Positions 25,140 through 37,760 of a DNA stretch of 64,000 nucleotides are shown in pieces. Source of the DNA: Chrysemys picta bellii (Eukaryota); the NCBI RefSeq assembly GCF_011386835.1, contig NC_088793.1, positions 49,476,001 through 49,540,000 on the forward strand. Direction: 5' to 3'. Both the position numbers and the translations under genes were made by a program. Positions within the stretch are counted from its first letter, which is position 1. Each line of letters opens with the position of its first letter. The notes below the pieces were generated by a model, which saw only the letters and a program-made list of their open reading frames with translations, made no database searches and had not been told where the DNA came from.

Positions 25140-25276
25140 TTAGCTTTGGATACATGTTCTAATAATGTTGTCTATTATGGCAGTAATAATTTCAAAGAAC
25201 TCTCGCAAGTCAGTTAAATCATCATCTCCCGTAGCCGCCTCTTCTTCCCCTTTCTTACTGAAACCACATGTCTGTC
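25140..25276 (-). CDS. Putative alternative terminal exon of dystonin (GQTCGFSKKGEEEAATGDDDLTDLREFFEIITAIIDNIIRTCIQS*)
   Basis: U8-caag acceptor; open in the phase left by exon 14; stop at 25140-25142; ATTAAA at 25024-25029 and 25011-25016; no expression evidence. Confidence 0.45.
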
Positions 25277-25789
25277 CTTGAAAAAAAATTGAGTTTAAGC
25301 AAGCCATTATTCATGTGTTCCACTATAATAGTTTCTCTGTGCCAAAATCTTTACTCTGCTGTACATTCTTCTGTATAGTATGTTACTTTACTAAATAGGT
25401 GTAAATTCAATGTTAATCCAGTTTTAACCATACAGAGTTGAACACAACCCAAATACGTTTATTATATACTTCCTGATCCTGCAAATACTTACATATGTGC
25501 TTAATTTGAGACTAATCATGTGCTTAAAGATAAGCATATAAGTGTTTCAGGATCAGAGCCTACAATTGGGAAAACAGGAGAAATTGGGGAAAGAATGCCA
25601 TTCTGGTTTTAATTTTTTTTATTGTTTAAGATCAGATGTTCTATCAGTGACAGTGGAATCAACAGAAAAATACTTAAGTGAAGGGGGAAAGGATTTCGCT
25701 GGTTTTAAAATAATTTTGTAGTTTTTAAATAATTAGAGTCAAGACACAGATCACCGGGGGATATTCATGATCCTCAACAATCCCTCTGT

Positions 25790-25920
25790 TGCAGACTTCC
25801 TGTGTGACCTTGGACAAGTCACTCTTTGTCTCAGTTCCCTGTCTGCAAAATGGGGACAACAATAACTCCTTTCTCCTACCCTTTGTCTGCCCTGTCTGTT
25901 TTGATTGTAAGCTCTTTATT
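25790..25920 (+). mobile_element. MIR/CORE-SINE-like fragment
   Basis: tgtgtgaccttggacaagtcac...tcagttccctgtctgcaaaatgggg resembles the CORE sequence. Confidence 0.55.
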
Positions 25921-26138
25921 TGAACACCACTATGGCAATATTATTTTATTTGTGAATTTATTTTCTTTTTTTTTAAGCACTACAGTAAAGTCACTAAGTA
26001 GTGGCAACATATGGCCCAATAAAACATAGAAATGAAAAATGACAAGGGAGGATGGAACAGTCATCCCTTATCTCCTCCAGCACGTAGGTGCAGACTTGAG
26101 AAATAAAAGACGGGATTGGGAAATAATAAAACTCTTAC

Positions 26139-26262
26139 CCAGTGTTTTCTGGATTTCATCTTTGTCTGGTAGTAAAGTTCCCCTGGTATCCAAAAGCACT
26201 TCAGCAGCTTTTTTCAGTTTCTCTACAGCAACCTGGTGATTAGATACCTGCCCCTGGAGAAC
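26139..26262 (-). CDS. DST: Dystonin exon 14 ([18 protein letters not shown]...IQKTL), 124 nt, phase 0-1
   Basis: ttttacag acceptor, G|gtaaga donor; resembles human [18 protein letters not shown]. Confidence 0.94.
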
Positions 26263-29124
26263 CTGTAAAATTGCATTGCTTTAAATTTCAATACTGTTCA
26301 CTATATCTAAAAGTCACAGTCAGCACACAAGAGAAACCTGCAATGAGGTATATTTGGTGGACATAGCTGAACTTTTATTTATCATACAAATATCTGAATA
26401 CGCCTGACATGAGCAAGCAAAAAGTAGAACAGAGCAGTGGTAAGGGGAGCTGCAATAGCCTTCAGGCCACTTACAGGTCAGTTCTTAAAGGATTGTTTCA
26501 TGCACACGTCTTTATTTTTAGAAACAGGAAATGGTGCAACAGGGTGCAACATGGATGCCTTTTGGAGTTTGTCCGAAGCACATACTCCTGCTTTTTTGAC
26601 AGACAGTTTTATCCCTCTCTTCCAGAAATCTAGGTGCCTGAGGAATTCCTTTATAAACTTACTTCACTTATCTGACCATGTAGCTTATTCCATTTCCAGG
26701 GCATTTCTATTCACTCATAGTTTCTCCATGTTCCTATTTGTCTCCCACTTTTTGAAGTGTTCAACCACAGTGAACAATGCATTGCTAAGAATATTTCAAT
26801 CCCTTCTATCGTCCTGAGGATTATCAGTTAACTTCAAAGTGTCAGTTTTAGATTTCTGCAAGGAGTACAACTCAAGCCCTCAAATCTTTTTTTGTAAGGT
26901 AGATTTCTGAGACTGGGTATCATAATAATGATCCTTATTTGCACCATTCTGAATGCAATATCATCCTTCTTGTTGCAGAGTGACCATTAATATACACAAT
27001 CTGCCACCTAGGTGGACTGTAATTTTTCAACAAATTTTCACTATTAGTGATGTCAGCCACACTAGAATGTACAATGAATCCTCCCTTAACCACATGAAAA
27101 TAACTATTGGCCGCACCCAGTGCACAATTTCCAATCCCCAGCAATTTTAACAGTGGAGTTGTTTTTAAAAGAGGGTAAGAATAATTTTTTTTATAATGGG
27201 AAACATTCATTTTTTTATTTCCACCATATTTAAAAATAGAAAAACCATTTTTGCTCAAACCTTCCAAAAGCACCTTCAGGAAGAAACCAGTAAAGAAAAA
27301 ATTTAGCCTGTAATATGATGTTGATAGAGTAATTGAGCAACTGAAAACAGGTGGTTGGAATGCAAATCATTATACACCCTTAATTAGAGCAGTTGACACC
27401 ACTCCTGCTATTACTATGAATAAAGAGAGATAAAAAATTACTTCTGGGATAAAATTGACCCAATCTGTGATCCCTTCCTGACAGAAAAGCTTTTGATCCT
27501 GTGCTAGTATATCCAACATTCTATTGACCTCCTGTTTTACGACACTTATCTTAGTCACTGATTTCTGATGTGGAACTTTGCTATATACCTTTTGATGAAT
27601 TCTTTTAAGACCATTTGCATTGCCTTTACATCAGTTATCAAAAAGAAAAACAAATGAATTTATCAACACAGTATCAGAGAACTGTGCAAGGAAGAATTTA
27701 CAGCATTTGAGAATTTACAATCAAGAAACAGTCCCCATCAGGTTGTATTGAACAAGAGCTGGTACCGATTTGGTACAAAATTGCCTTGAATCAGGAAGAA
27801 CACTTCATGGACATTACCCTGCCTCACCTGGTGCCATGAATCTTCTACTGACAGTGGAACACACACCTTGCATTTACCCATATGATAATGGTCTGTATTG
27901 TTTTATAACTTATTGTGCTCACCCATGCCTTTAGACTGAGTGCAAGCTCTGAAAGGCAGGAACTCTGATGCTGGCATGTCCTACCTATTCTGCAATGTTA
28001 CATACACTTACAATGCTAAATTAATCATCCTTTACATCCTTTACTGATGGTATCTCTACACACTTTCAGGCAGCTGGAAGAGAGGTGCACTTTAGTTCTT
28101 TCCATACCAAAACAAGGAAATCATTCTGGTGCAGAACACACTACCATTTTAGTTTAGGCATTGCTATCAAGAGGATGTCATTGATATACTTCAATACGGC
28201 AGCTGATACACTAGCTGCCATAGAGAAACTCAAACATAAATGAAGAGGCATTTTCCTTGCACTGGCCACAAATATTGTGTTTACAAAATAAAAAAAATAG
28301 GACAAACCAGAAGACATTAGATGGTGATAGAAAGAAAGAAAGCTTGTGCCCAAGGCACTGAAGAATATTTTGAAGAACAGTTAATTTCAGTAAAAAGATT
28401 ATCCTTATGCTGCAAAGGTCAGCGTCTGGATGGATTATCAACTGCATGTGTTGGCTGAAAGGGGCAGCTTTAATTTACAACACCTGACTTTTTCAAAAAT
28501 TCTCTTTGTTTTGCATTCACTAATTGGCCTTCTTTATTCATTCTGGTCTGAACCTCCTGTTTTTATTCTTCCCTTGACTCTTTTGAGCCTGTGCACCTCC
28601 CCCTCCTTCCCAGCACATACTGGTTGAGTGTTCTTTTGTGCTGCAAGCAATCCATGTAGGAGTTTCATAAAGGAGCCACAGTCCACACTTCTTTTGTGTC
28701 AGTTGCATGAAAATTGGCATTATACCGGATATAATTCATGTGGGAGTAGGGAACAAAGAGTTTAAAAACAGCTTCAGATTGTAATCTGTGTTGTTCCTAC
28801 TTTTCTAAAACTCAGAAGCACAAATGTAACTAAATCAGTTTGAAGTTCAGAGTTCAAAATTTACATTTGTAATTATAAAATAACAAATATTACTTTTTTA
28901 AAAGTATGATGATCATTATAATATCACAGTGTCATCTATCATTCTGCTCTGGTGTACCAAAGTGTCAGTTTTCAGTGCTGCCATGTGGGAGAGAGAAGTT
29001 TTTTCCCAGGCTGTTCTGATGGGCGATAGGTATAGCATTCACTTCCCAGGGGGAAGGTGACTATTGTGCCTCAATAAAGCCTGCTTGTCCAGATTTCTAA
29101 CTAAAGAAAACACTTATCTGGTAT

Positions 29125-29274
29125 CAGAGTAGCAGCCATGTTAGTCTGTATCCGCAAAAAGAACAGGAGTACTTGTGGCACCTTAGAGACTAACAAATTT
29201 ATTAGAGCATAAGCTTTCGTGGACTACAGCCCACTTCTTCTCTCTAAGGTGCCACAAGTACTCCTGTTCTTTTT
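29125..29274. mobile_element. Penelope-like element pseudo-LTR fragment with a 34-bp inverted terminus and a hammerhead remnant
   Basis: 13-bp direct repeats acttatctggtat (29112-29124, 29275-29287); perfect 34-bp inverted repeat at 29156-29189 / 29241-29274; minus strand carries GAAGA-AGTGGGCTGTAGTCCAC-GAAAGCTTATGCTC; family assignment from recall. Confidence 0.75.
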
Positions 29275-29544
29275 ACTTATCTGGTATGAAAACTACTTGT
29301 AAAGTGCAAGAAAGGTAATATAGGTTCAATCGGGGCTTTCATACATGATTTTTAGTATCCTGAAGTATTCATAATTATATTATGAAATGCATGTTGAATA
29401 TTCCATCTGACAGAGAAAGAGCAGGAGACAGAGACAAAGAGAGAGAAATTACAGCTGAGCAGTTATCTTGCCAGTTGGAAAATGAATGAAGAATATTCCA
29501 GTTCAATTATAATTACATTATAAGACAGTTTAACAATTTTTATA

Positions 29545-29606
29545 AAATCCTGGCTCCACTGTAGTTAATGGGAGTTATGTCATGAACTTCAATGGAGCCA
29601 GGATTT
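29545..29606. repeat. Short palindromic element
   Basis: Perfect 14-bp arms aaatcctggctcca / tggagccaggattt. Confidence 0.75.
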
Positions 29607-30366
29607 CACTCTATGTTAAGAACATATATTCTTATGCATGTTCTAATTCTTTTCCCTGCTTCTCTGCCTATCATGTTATTATCTTTTTTTAAACAGTAGT
29701 GTTGTAAATTTACACGGTAGTTTATAAAACACAGAAGAAGACACTGCCCCTGCCCTGGAGGGATTTCACTGTATCTCACAGAAACACAAACATGTGGCAA
29801 TAGTTTAGATATGCACATTCTAAGAGTTAAATTTTGCCTGGTTTACCACTGGCTTCTGCTGATGTAACCAAAGGGCCTGAGTCCCTTAGTGACAGAACAT
29901 CTGCCTGGAGGGTGGGTCACATTGGTACAAAGCACTCACAGCCCAATCAGGAGGCTGGACCCACTCAGCACCACCCCATCAGGAAGCAGTTCTGGCTAAG
30001 GAAGGAGCATAACCATAGCCCTGTCGGGGTCCAGTGATTCAGTACATCCCGAGGTCTTCACTAGCAGAGCTCCTATGGAGTCCTGGCAATAGCTTAAAGC
30101 CAGCCTGCTTGGCAGAACCCCCAGACAGGGCCACAGAACAATCATTGCCTGTTCTGACCTTGTGGTGAATACCCTGAGTACAGGTGCCTGTGCTGGTGTA
30201 AAAGGGTCCAAAGTGCACCCTTCCTGTGCTAGTGGAGGACAATCAAACCCTTAGTAGTAAATTCAAAGATGACAAAGTTCATCATCCCTTGTACAAGGTA
30301 CCTTATACAGGATCCCAAACCTGTGATTCCACAGAGACAGAACCAGCGCCTGTGGAAAACTGCTTA

Positions 30367-30703
30367 CAGTATAACCTCAGATTTACAAACATCTCGGGAA
30401 CGGAGATTGTTCTGAACACTGAAATGTTCGTAACTCTGAACAAAATGTTATGGTTGTTCTTTCAAAAGTTTACAACTGAACATTGACTTAATACAGCTTT
30501 GAAACTTTACTGGGCAGAAGAAAAATGCTGCTTTCCCTTTATTTTTTTAATGGTTTATGTTTAACACAGTAATGTACTGTATTTGCCTTTGCGGAGGTGG
30601 GGGTCTTTGCTGCTGCCTGATTGCATACTTCTGTTTCCAAATGAGGTGTGTGGTGGACTGGTCAATTTGTAACTCTGGTGTTAGTAACTCTGAGGTTCTA
30701 CTG
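30367..30703. mobile_element. Tigger-type MITE
   Basis: TIRs cagtataacctcagatttac / gtaactctgaggttctactg; TA duplication on both sides. Confidence 0.82.
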
Positions 30704-30855
30704 TACTTACTATGCCTAGCCACATGAGATTCTTCTCATATGGCTGGACAGAGCATGGAGAATTCAGTCAGGCATAGATTGTTTTTACCTCAGTGTAGTT
30801 AGGAAGGTCAACCTGCAGCCTGGGGTTTACCTTAACTAGCTATACTTAGATATAC

Positions 30856-31881
30856 CAGTGTTCCCTCTAATTTTTTCCCACATACGTGCGGAATTAATTG
30901 TGTTATATGCACCAATATGGAGGTGATGTGTGACTCATAACATAACTCATAACTTTGGTGCACATAACAAAACTCATGTGGCAGGGGTGGGGCCGAGGGG
31001 TTCGGAGTGTGGGAGGGGGCTCAAGGCTGGGACAGAGGGTTTGGGAGCAGAGGGGTGAGGACTCTGGCTGGAGGCTCTGGGGTGGGGCCAAGGACTCAGG
31101 GATGAGGCAGAGTGTTGGGGTGCAGGAGGAGGTGAGGGCTCCAGCTGGGGGTGTGAGCTGGGGATGAGGGGGTTTGGGTGCAGGAGGGGGCTGGGGCAGG
31201 GGGTTGGGGTGTGGGGGAGTGAGGACTCCACCTGGGGTGTGTGAGCTGGGGATGAGGGGTTTGGGGGAGGTGCAGGGGGTGCAGGCTCTGGGGTGGGGCC
31301 GGGGATGAGGGGTTTGGACTGAGAGAGGGGCGCCTCTCCCTGGGCCACGGCAGGTCCATCCGCAGTCTGGGCCCCCAGTGACGGTCCACGCTTTGGGCTC
31401 CCCAGGGGAGAACGAAGCAGCAGACCATCTCTCACTGGTGGCCCGTAGGAGCGGCAGCAGCCGTGGGCTCCTTTCCGTCCTCCCCTCCCCCTCCCTCCCC
31501 CCCCCATCACTGGTAGGCAGCCGATGGCTGCTACTTGCTGGTGACGGAGGTAGAGAGAGGAGCCCTCAGCGCCATCCGGCTGAGAGGAGTGAGGGGAGGA
31601 GGGGGGCGGAGAGAAGCCCTCGGCCAGCGGACCTAGAGGAGCGCAGGGGAGGGGCCAGAGAGGAGCCAGTGCTGCAGCGCAAGTGAAGTGGAACGTGGGC
31701 CCGGTGCAATTATAAACATGGTACTGTCTGGGCCAGGCTGAGTTGGGGCCGGGGAAGGGGTGCCGCAGGAGGTCCAGGGCTGAGGAAGAGGCATCTCTCC
31801 CCATCGCAGCCCCGAGCGCCTGCATGGCACTTAATAGGCTGCTGTATGGCCACACGGTTGTGCAGCTCAGAGGGAACTTAG
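30856..31881. mobile_element. Non-autonomous hAT-like element with a G-rich interior
   Basis: Termini cagtgttccctct / agagggaacttag; TSD not recovered; degenerate ggggtgcaggag-type repeats inside. Confidence 0.65.
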
Positions 31882-31999
31882 GAAACTATATTGCCTTATC
31901 TCCACTAGGATTTCACATCAAGACAGATATCTTGAGTTAGTTATCTCAATGCAAAAACATGTTGTTCCCTCCCGCCCCTCCCCCCCCCCCCCCCCAGAA

Positions 32000-32178
32000 A
32001 GGTCTTAAAGATCAGGATAGGACCTAATGTAGAGGACAGATTTTCTACATCTGCCTATTGCAAGGTTCTTACACTTTCCTCTGCAGCATCTGATATAGGA
32101 CAGTATCAGAGACGGGACACTGGAATCCATGGAACTCAGATCTAATCCATTGTAACCATTCCTATGATCGTATGTAAT
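32000..32178 (+). mobile_element. Old CR1 3' UTR fragment
   Basis: Ends in attcctatgatcgtatg, resembling the CR1 terminal repeat. Confidence 0.5.
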
Positions 32179-32653
32179 CATATCCCAGCAGAAGAGAAAA
32201 GGGGTGAGATTTTAGAAAAAAAAAACAGAGCAGGAAGTCAGATACAGAGAGATGATGCTCCCCTTCTCCATCAGCAACCACGGCCCCAAACTCTTCCTGC
32301 TACCAAGCGTTTACAGCAGCAATGATCAGAATCACTGAGTCTCCACCAAGCTGCTAAACCTTCCAGCTTTCACCCCCTCACCTGATAACTACGACTAGTT
32401 ATTTGCTCCCACCCACCATCAATGGCATTTTTTCCTCACCACTTAAGCCAGTTTCTGTAAAAGTCCACCATGTGCTTTGTTCTTAACACAAAGATTTTCA
32501 GATAAGACTTCAGACAGTCAAGTTCAAGGTCAATAGGAGCTACATATATACATAAGATGCAAGAATTTGGCCCTTAATCATTTAAATTATGTGAGACTAT
32601 TCTGTCCTTCTAACAACAAGTGATGATTTATTTAGTTTGTTGGGGCTTTTTAC

Positions 32654-32830
32654 CTTGGTTTCTTCTAGTTGCCGTTGGAGGTTCTTAGGATCCACTGCTA
32701 TTGGCTCAGACAGCTGTTTGTTCACAGCGACTTCAGAGGTCTGGAGACCTGACAAAAGCCCAGATGAGGCTTCTTCATAATGCTGGTATTTATCTACCAG
32801 GTCTTTAAGGTTATTTCCAAGGATACCACA
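32654..32830 (-). CDS. DST: Dystonin exon 13 ([19 protein letters not shown]...RQLEETK), 177 nt, phase 0-0
   Basis: ttttttag acceptor, AAG|gtaaaa donor; translated by hand. Confidence 0.94.
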
Positions 32831-34353
32831 CTAAAAAAAAGTAGAAGGAAAAAACCAGACATTAAAATGTATATGAGTGGAATTTCTTAGGGATTTCACA
32901 GTAACATATTGTGCTCATAAAAAGATTTTTCTCAATTTACAGTGCCCAGTATTTCACATTTGGATGTCTACAGTTAGCCACCTTAAAATGTAGTCACCGG
33001 GAGCTACAAATATTCTATGTGCCTAGCTTCAGGTACCCAAGTTTGAAAACTTTGACCAGTGGCTAAAGCAGTTTTTACAATAAATGTAATTTAGACAATT
33101 ACTAGATTAGGTGATTTTTTTAAATAAAAACAATTAAATTTGCTTTAGTAGTAAATGGATACTTTGTATAGGAATACTGCTGGGCACGATAATTGTTTTG
33201 GGGATTGCCTAAACCACATGCTGCAAATAAGCTAAAATGTTAGGGATAATTCAGTAGAAGTTTTGCCATGGAACCCTCATCTGCACAGAGATCTGAGCAG
33301 GTGCAAGAGTCGGCCCAGTTAGCCCTCTGAGACCTTAGCTAATGTGCACAAAAATACACATAAGATGACCTGACATTAATCAGATCTACACTGATTCTAG
33401 GCCTGATTCTGATCTACACTGGTTTTATACCGGTGTAATTCTACGGATGTCAATGGGGTTACTCCTGACTTACATTTGTAGAACTGAGAGCAGAATCGGG
33501 TGCACATTTCTCTTTCTGTGCCCTAACACTCTGGAAGAGCTACAGGAGAATCAGCCTAAACAAAGAGAAACTACAATAGAGAAAAATATTTCAAATCGTT
33601 TAAATAGATTCTCTGCTTTACCAGAAGCTTTTGGGTTGGTTTTGAAAAAAATACTAAGCTTACTGTTAATTTAAACCAAGTTCTGAACATGGTCATGAGT
33701 TGTTTTGCCTTGTTCCTGGTAAGGAAACCCACATGGAAGATGTCAGCAAGGACCCTAAAATTTGGGCAAGAGAAGACCCTGGTTTTCAGAAGTGGCTTAT
33801 TTATAACCAGTCTGTACCTGCTAAGGGACTGGTAAAGTGTTCACACTTTATTTTGGTCTTGTAAAATGTAGTGTTTTTTCTGATCAGACAGAGCAGAATG
33901 CTACAGTCTTTTAAGTTAACATGCCTCCCCATTCTCACAGTGAATTGTGCCAAGCAATAAAATGCTAGGGAAATTCTTCTGGTATCTATGGAGACAGTTT
34001 TCATTGGCAAAATGTTCTGGTTGCATAAAGTCATAATATTTACCAATAGTTACTTTAAATATTTATTTTCTGAAGCTTAGAAAAACGATATTCCAACTGT
34101 ACTTTTTACACTTGGTACCTAGTCTCCACCTAGTGGCCAAACATTACAAGGTATTCTGTTTATCTGAAAGGAGAGTAGAGCCCTTGGTATGATTATGTAC
34201 AAAATAGTGTATGTTAAAAATTGATCTATAACTTGATTTATTTATTTGTTTAGATTTATACAAAGATTAAAAAGCATCTGTCCAAGGCTCTAGTCACTCC
34301 TGCCATCAATTACACAAACAAAATTTGGAAAGTCTCAATTAAAAAGACCCTCT

Positions 34354-35032
34354 GGCCCAGATGCACAAGAGGAGTTCGGCTCCTAACTCCCTGTTTTAGG
34401 CACTAAGCCCCAGTTTTGGGACCACTGTGATGAACAAAACTCCTGCTGAACCCTGCAAGTGCCTGAACAAACTTGGCACCTAATTTTTTTGCAGTAAAAG
34501 TTCCCTAGGCACCTATGTTTCTATTTCTGGGCATGTGCATGGCTTCCTCATTCCAGTCTGGATGTCTATCTCCCACCTAAATCCTAGAGCAAGTCACAAA
34601 CCAGGGAAGATAGGTGTTCGGCTGCCTAAGTCACGCGCAGGGCCCAATCCGGTAGGCAGCCTCTTGAGTACACCTGATCAAACCTGAGGCAAGTTCTCAC
34701 AAAACAGCTGGGGGATGGGGGAGCTCCCTCAGAACTCCTACCCCAGAGGTAACACGATGTGGGAGACTCCTAGCTCAAGTGCCCCCTCTGCATGAGTGGG
34801 AGAAGGGATTTGAACAATGATCTGCCATCGCTCACGTGAGTGAACTATGGGATAGTTTGATGTGGGGCTCCCTCAATCTCACCTGTTGAAGCTGTTGCAC
34901 TTTGGATAAATAATTGAAGAGTCATTTGTTGGGGTTGGGGTTGGGGATGGAGGACATGCCTGACAATAACTCTGGTGGTTAGAGCACTCCCCCATGCTGT
35001 GGAGACCCAGCGTTCAGTCCCACTGCTCCAGT
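34354..35032. mobile_element. Degenerate repeat with tRNA-like segments
   Basis: gtggttagagcactc...ggagacccagcgttcagtccc (A/B-box-like) and an oppositely oriented gggatttgaac; ends unresolved. Confidence 0.4.
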
Positions 35033-35719
35033 CTTAGGAAAGTATAATTTAATGAAGAAATATCTAAGATACACTAGGCCTTTTTTTGTTCTGAACATTT
35101 AGCGTCAAACATTCAAAGAGCCTTCAGGCTGCGTGTTCTAAATGTGCATATGCACAGGGCAGCGTGGCAAGTTACCTATATGTGCACACACATGTCCATC
35201 TGTACCTGGGAATGTAGGTTGTGTGCATGCCCAGAACAGAGTTTCTTTGAAAATCTTGCATACAAAGTCTTTACCCCCACCTAGATTAGATTAGGTAGAA
35301 TTAGGTAGAATCCAGTGTATTAATAACAGCAGCTTTCGGTCCTACTTTTCACTGCAGGTTTAGTGAGAAAATGTCAATGAGTTTCTCCAAACAGGGAGAG
35401 ATGCTTGCTCACCAAATGTTCAAGAAAAGAGATCAGAATTTGGTTTCATAATCAAGATGTCGTGTCCTGACCTAAATCAATGACTTAGACAATGATCGTG
35501 CAAGAGCTCACTCAAAAACCATCATAGGACTCAATCCTGAAAGACACAGAGTATTTAGCAAGGGCTGAGCGCCCTCAGCTCCTACAGACTTCAATGGTAC
35601 CTCACAGGATCAAGCCTTTATTGAGAAAAGGAATGCTGGCCAGAAAAACAAGTTGAAAAGTGCTAGAGACTATATAACATCTACCTGGAGAACAAAGTGA
35701 TGAACAAGAATGAGTTTTA

Positions 35720-36700
35720 GGCCTGGTCTTCACTACAGAGTTAGGTAAACGTAAGACAGCTTATGTCAACTTAATTGTGTCAGTATCTATGCTACAGCCT
35801 TGGTCCCGCCAATGTAAGTGTCTACTACAACGACATAACTCCATTTCTAGCATAGCGCTTATGTCCATGTAGTTAGAACCAAACAATGTCTGTGTAGACA
35901 TTGTGTTACTTATATCAGCTGTTGGCTGTCATTCTTATCAATTTCATGGCTCCCTACTGGAGCCGTGAAATTGACAAGAAATGCTGGTAGGTTCCCAGCT
36001 GAAAATCCCGCACCTGGCTCACAGCTCTGGCTGTCACCCCTGGCAGCTGGGGAGGGAGGAAGGCGGGGGGCTCCAGCTAGAGCCCAGCTGCCCCTCAGCT
36101 TCCAGGTCCCCACTGAACTGCTGCCCAGGCTCCCAGCTCCTCCGTTCCCAACTGAACTCCTGCCCGGGTTCCCAGTTTCCAACTGAACTGGTGCCCGGGC
36201 TCCCAGTTTCCCGATCTGAACTGCGTTGCCACCCAGGATCCCAGCTCCCTGCTCCAAGCCAGGCTGCTGTCTGGGCTCCCTGCTCCCCCCAGGGAGCCCG
36301 GCAGCCTCCTAGACTCCAGGCACAGAGCTCCACATCAGGAGCCCAGCTGTCCCCCGGGGCTCCCAGCAGGGATCTTCGTGCCTGGAGCCTGGGCAGCTGC
36401 CGGGCTCCCAGCAGGGAGCTCCGCACAGCTGAGAGCCTGGGTGACAGCTGGGCTCCCAGCAAGGACCGGAGAGCTGAGAACCTGGCCTGGGCTCCCAGAA
36501 GGGAGCTCCGTGCAGAGCTGAGAGCCTGGGCTCTCAGTCCCCCACATAGCCCCTCTTCACTTGGTGGAAGCACTCCTGGTGAGGACATGCAGCACCGACA
36601 GCAGGAGGGTGGTGTGGACATGTAAATCTGCAGTAATTACTGCAATGGCTGTAAGATGACCTAACATCGGTCAACTTATGTTTGTAGAGTAGACATGCCT
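35720..36700. mobile_element. PIF/Harbinger-type non-autonomous element with a GC-rich core
   Basis: Termini ggcctggtcttcactac / gtagagtagacatgcc; TTA flanks. Confidence 0.7.
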
Positions 36701-37497
36701 TTAGTGACAGGAGCATCCCAGCCAAAAGATGGCACCTTTTACCATGCAACACTACAGCAGTAGCAGTTTATGCCCAGGGTTAAACCTATGAACATCTGGC
36801 ACAGGGATGAGACTGCTGAGCAGAGCTACAGTGACACACATATAAATCTCCCTTAAACAGGTCAATGCAACGCTGCGTTACAACTGTGAAGGTTAAAATT
36901 ATAATGGTGCTATCCATGCTGAACAGTAAATGGAATGACATTTGTTGCTATCTGAAGGGTGTTCGTGAGTCAGATGCAAAATGAGTTGGTGATTTAGTCC
37001 AGTTCCTGGTGAATAGGTGTCCTCAGAGCGAAAGAGACGGACACAGAATTCATTTCCCTCACCTAGAAGTTAACCTTCCAGGACAGCACTGAGACATACT
37101 GGCAGGGTAGCATGGAGAAGCTAGCACTGCTGCTGCCCATGCTATACCTTTCTAGTGGACTAGTGAAAGACAAGTTTAAGAGACTGTTACTCTAACACCT
37201 CTCAAAAAGCAATGAAGTTCCACTTAAAAATGCACATAGAAAATTACTTCAAACACTCAACACAAATTTAAAAATCATAGTGTGATTCTTTAAGCACAGA
37301 ATGGGAAACCCTGTCCTCTGCTTTGCAGGTGTGGAGGGCCCTTTGGCTACAGAACTGGTTCACCTCCTCTGCATAGGTTGTGCCAGGATATGGAGAGGCT
37401 GTGAAGGGAGCCCGCACCATCTCTGCAACACAAAGTCCAGCTCTGCAGGGGCTCTGCAGGCAATCACACAGAAAAGGGGTAGGGATTAGTGCCAAAG

Positions 37498-37760
37498 TAG
37501 GGCCGGATTAACGCAGGGGCTTTAGGGGCTGCAGACCAAAGCCCCGGGCTAAGGGGGGGCCTGGTGCAGCAGGGCTCAGGCAGGCTGCCTGCATGCCCTG
37601 GCCCCATGCTGCTCCCAGAAGCAGCGGGCTTCTGGCATGTCTCTGCAGCCCCTGGTGTGGGGCCGGGGGGGAGAGTTGGCTCTGCACGCTGTCCCCGCCC
37701 CCCAGCACCGTCCCCACAGCTCTCATTGGCCAGGGAATGGAATTGCTCCTTAAAGGCAGT
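37498..37760. mobile_element. One-ended hAT-like GC-rich fragment
   Basis: Begins tagggccggattaa; second end not found. Confidence 0.4.

Noticed and set aside
26935-27558. Minus-strand ORFs of 112 and 62 aa as hidden exons
   Set aside because: No matching splice sites or recognisable motifs found by eye.
29190-29245. An intact, active hammerhead ribozyme
   Set aside because: The 5' CU of the catalytic box and the stem I strand are missing at the inversion junction; reported only as a remnant.
30974-31855. 293-aa Pro-rich ORF
   Set aside because: Entirely within a G-rich non-autonomous element; composition explains the lack of stops.
35910-36625. ORFs of 195-214 aa on both strands
   Set aside because: Repetitive core of the Harbinger-type element.
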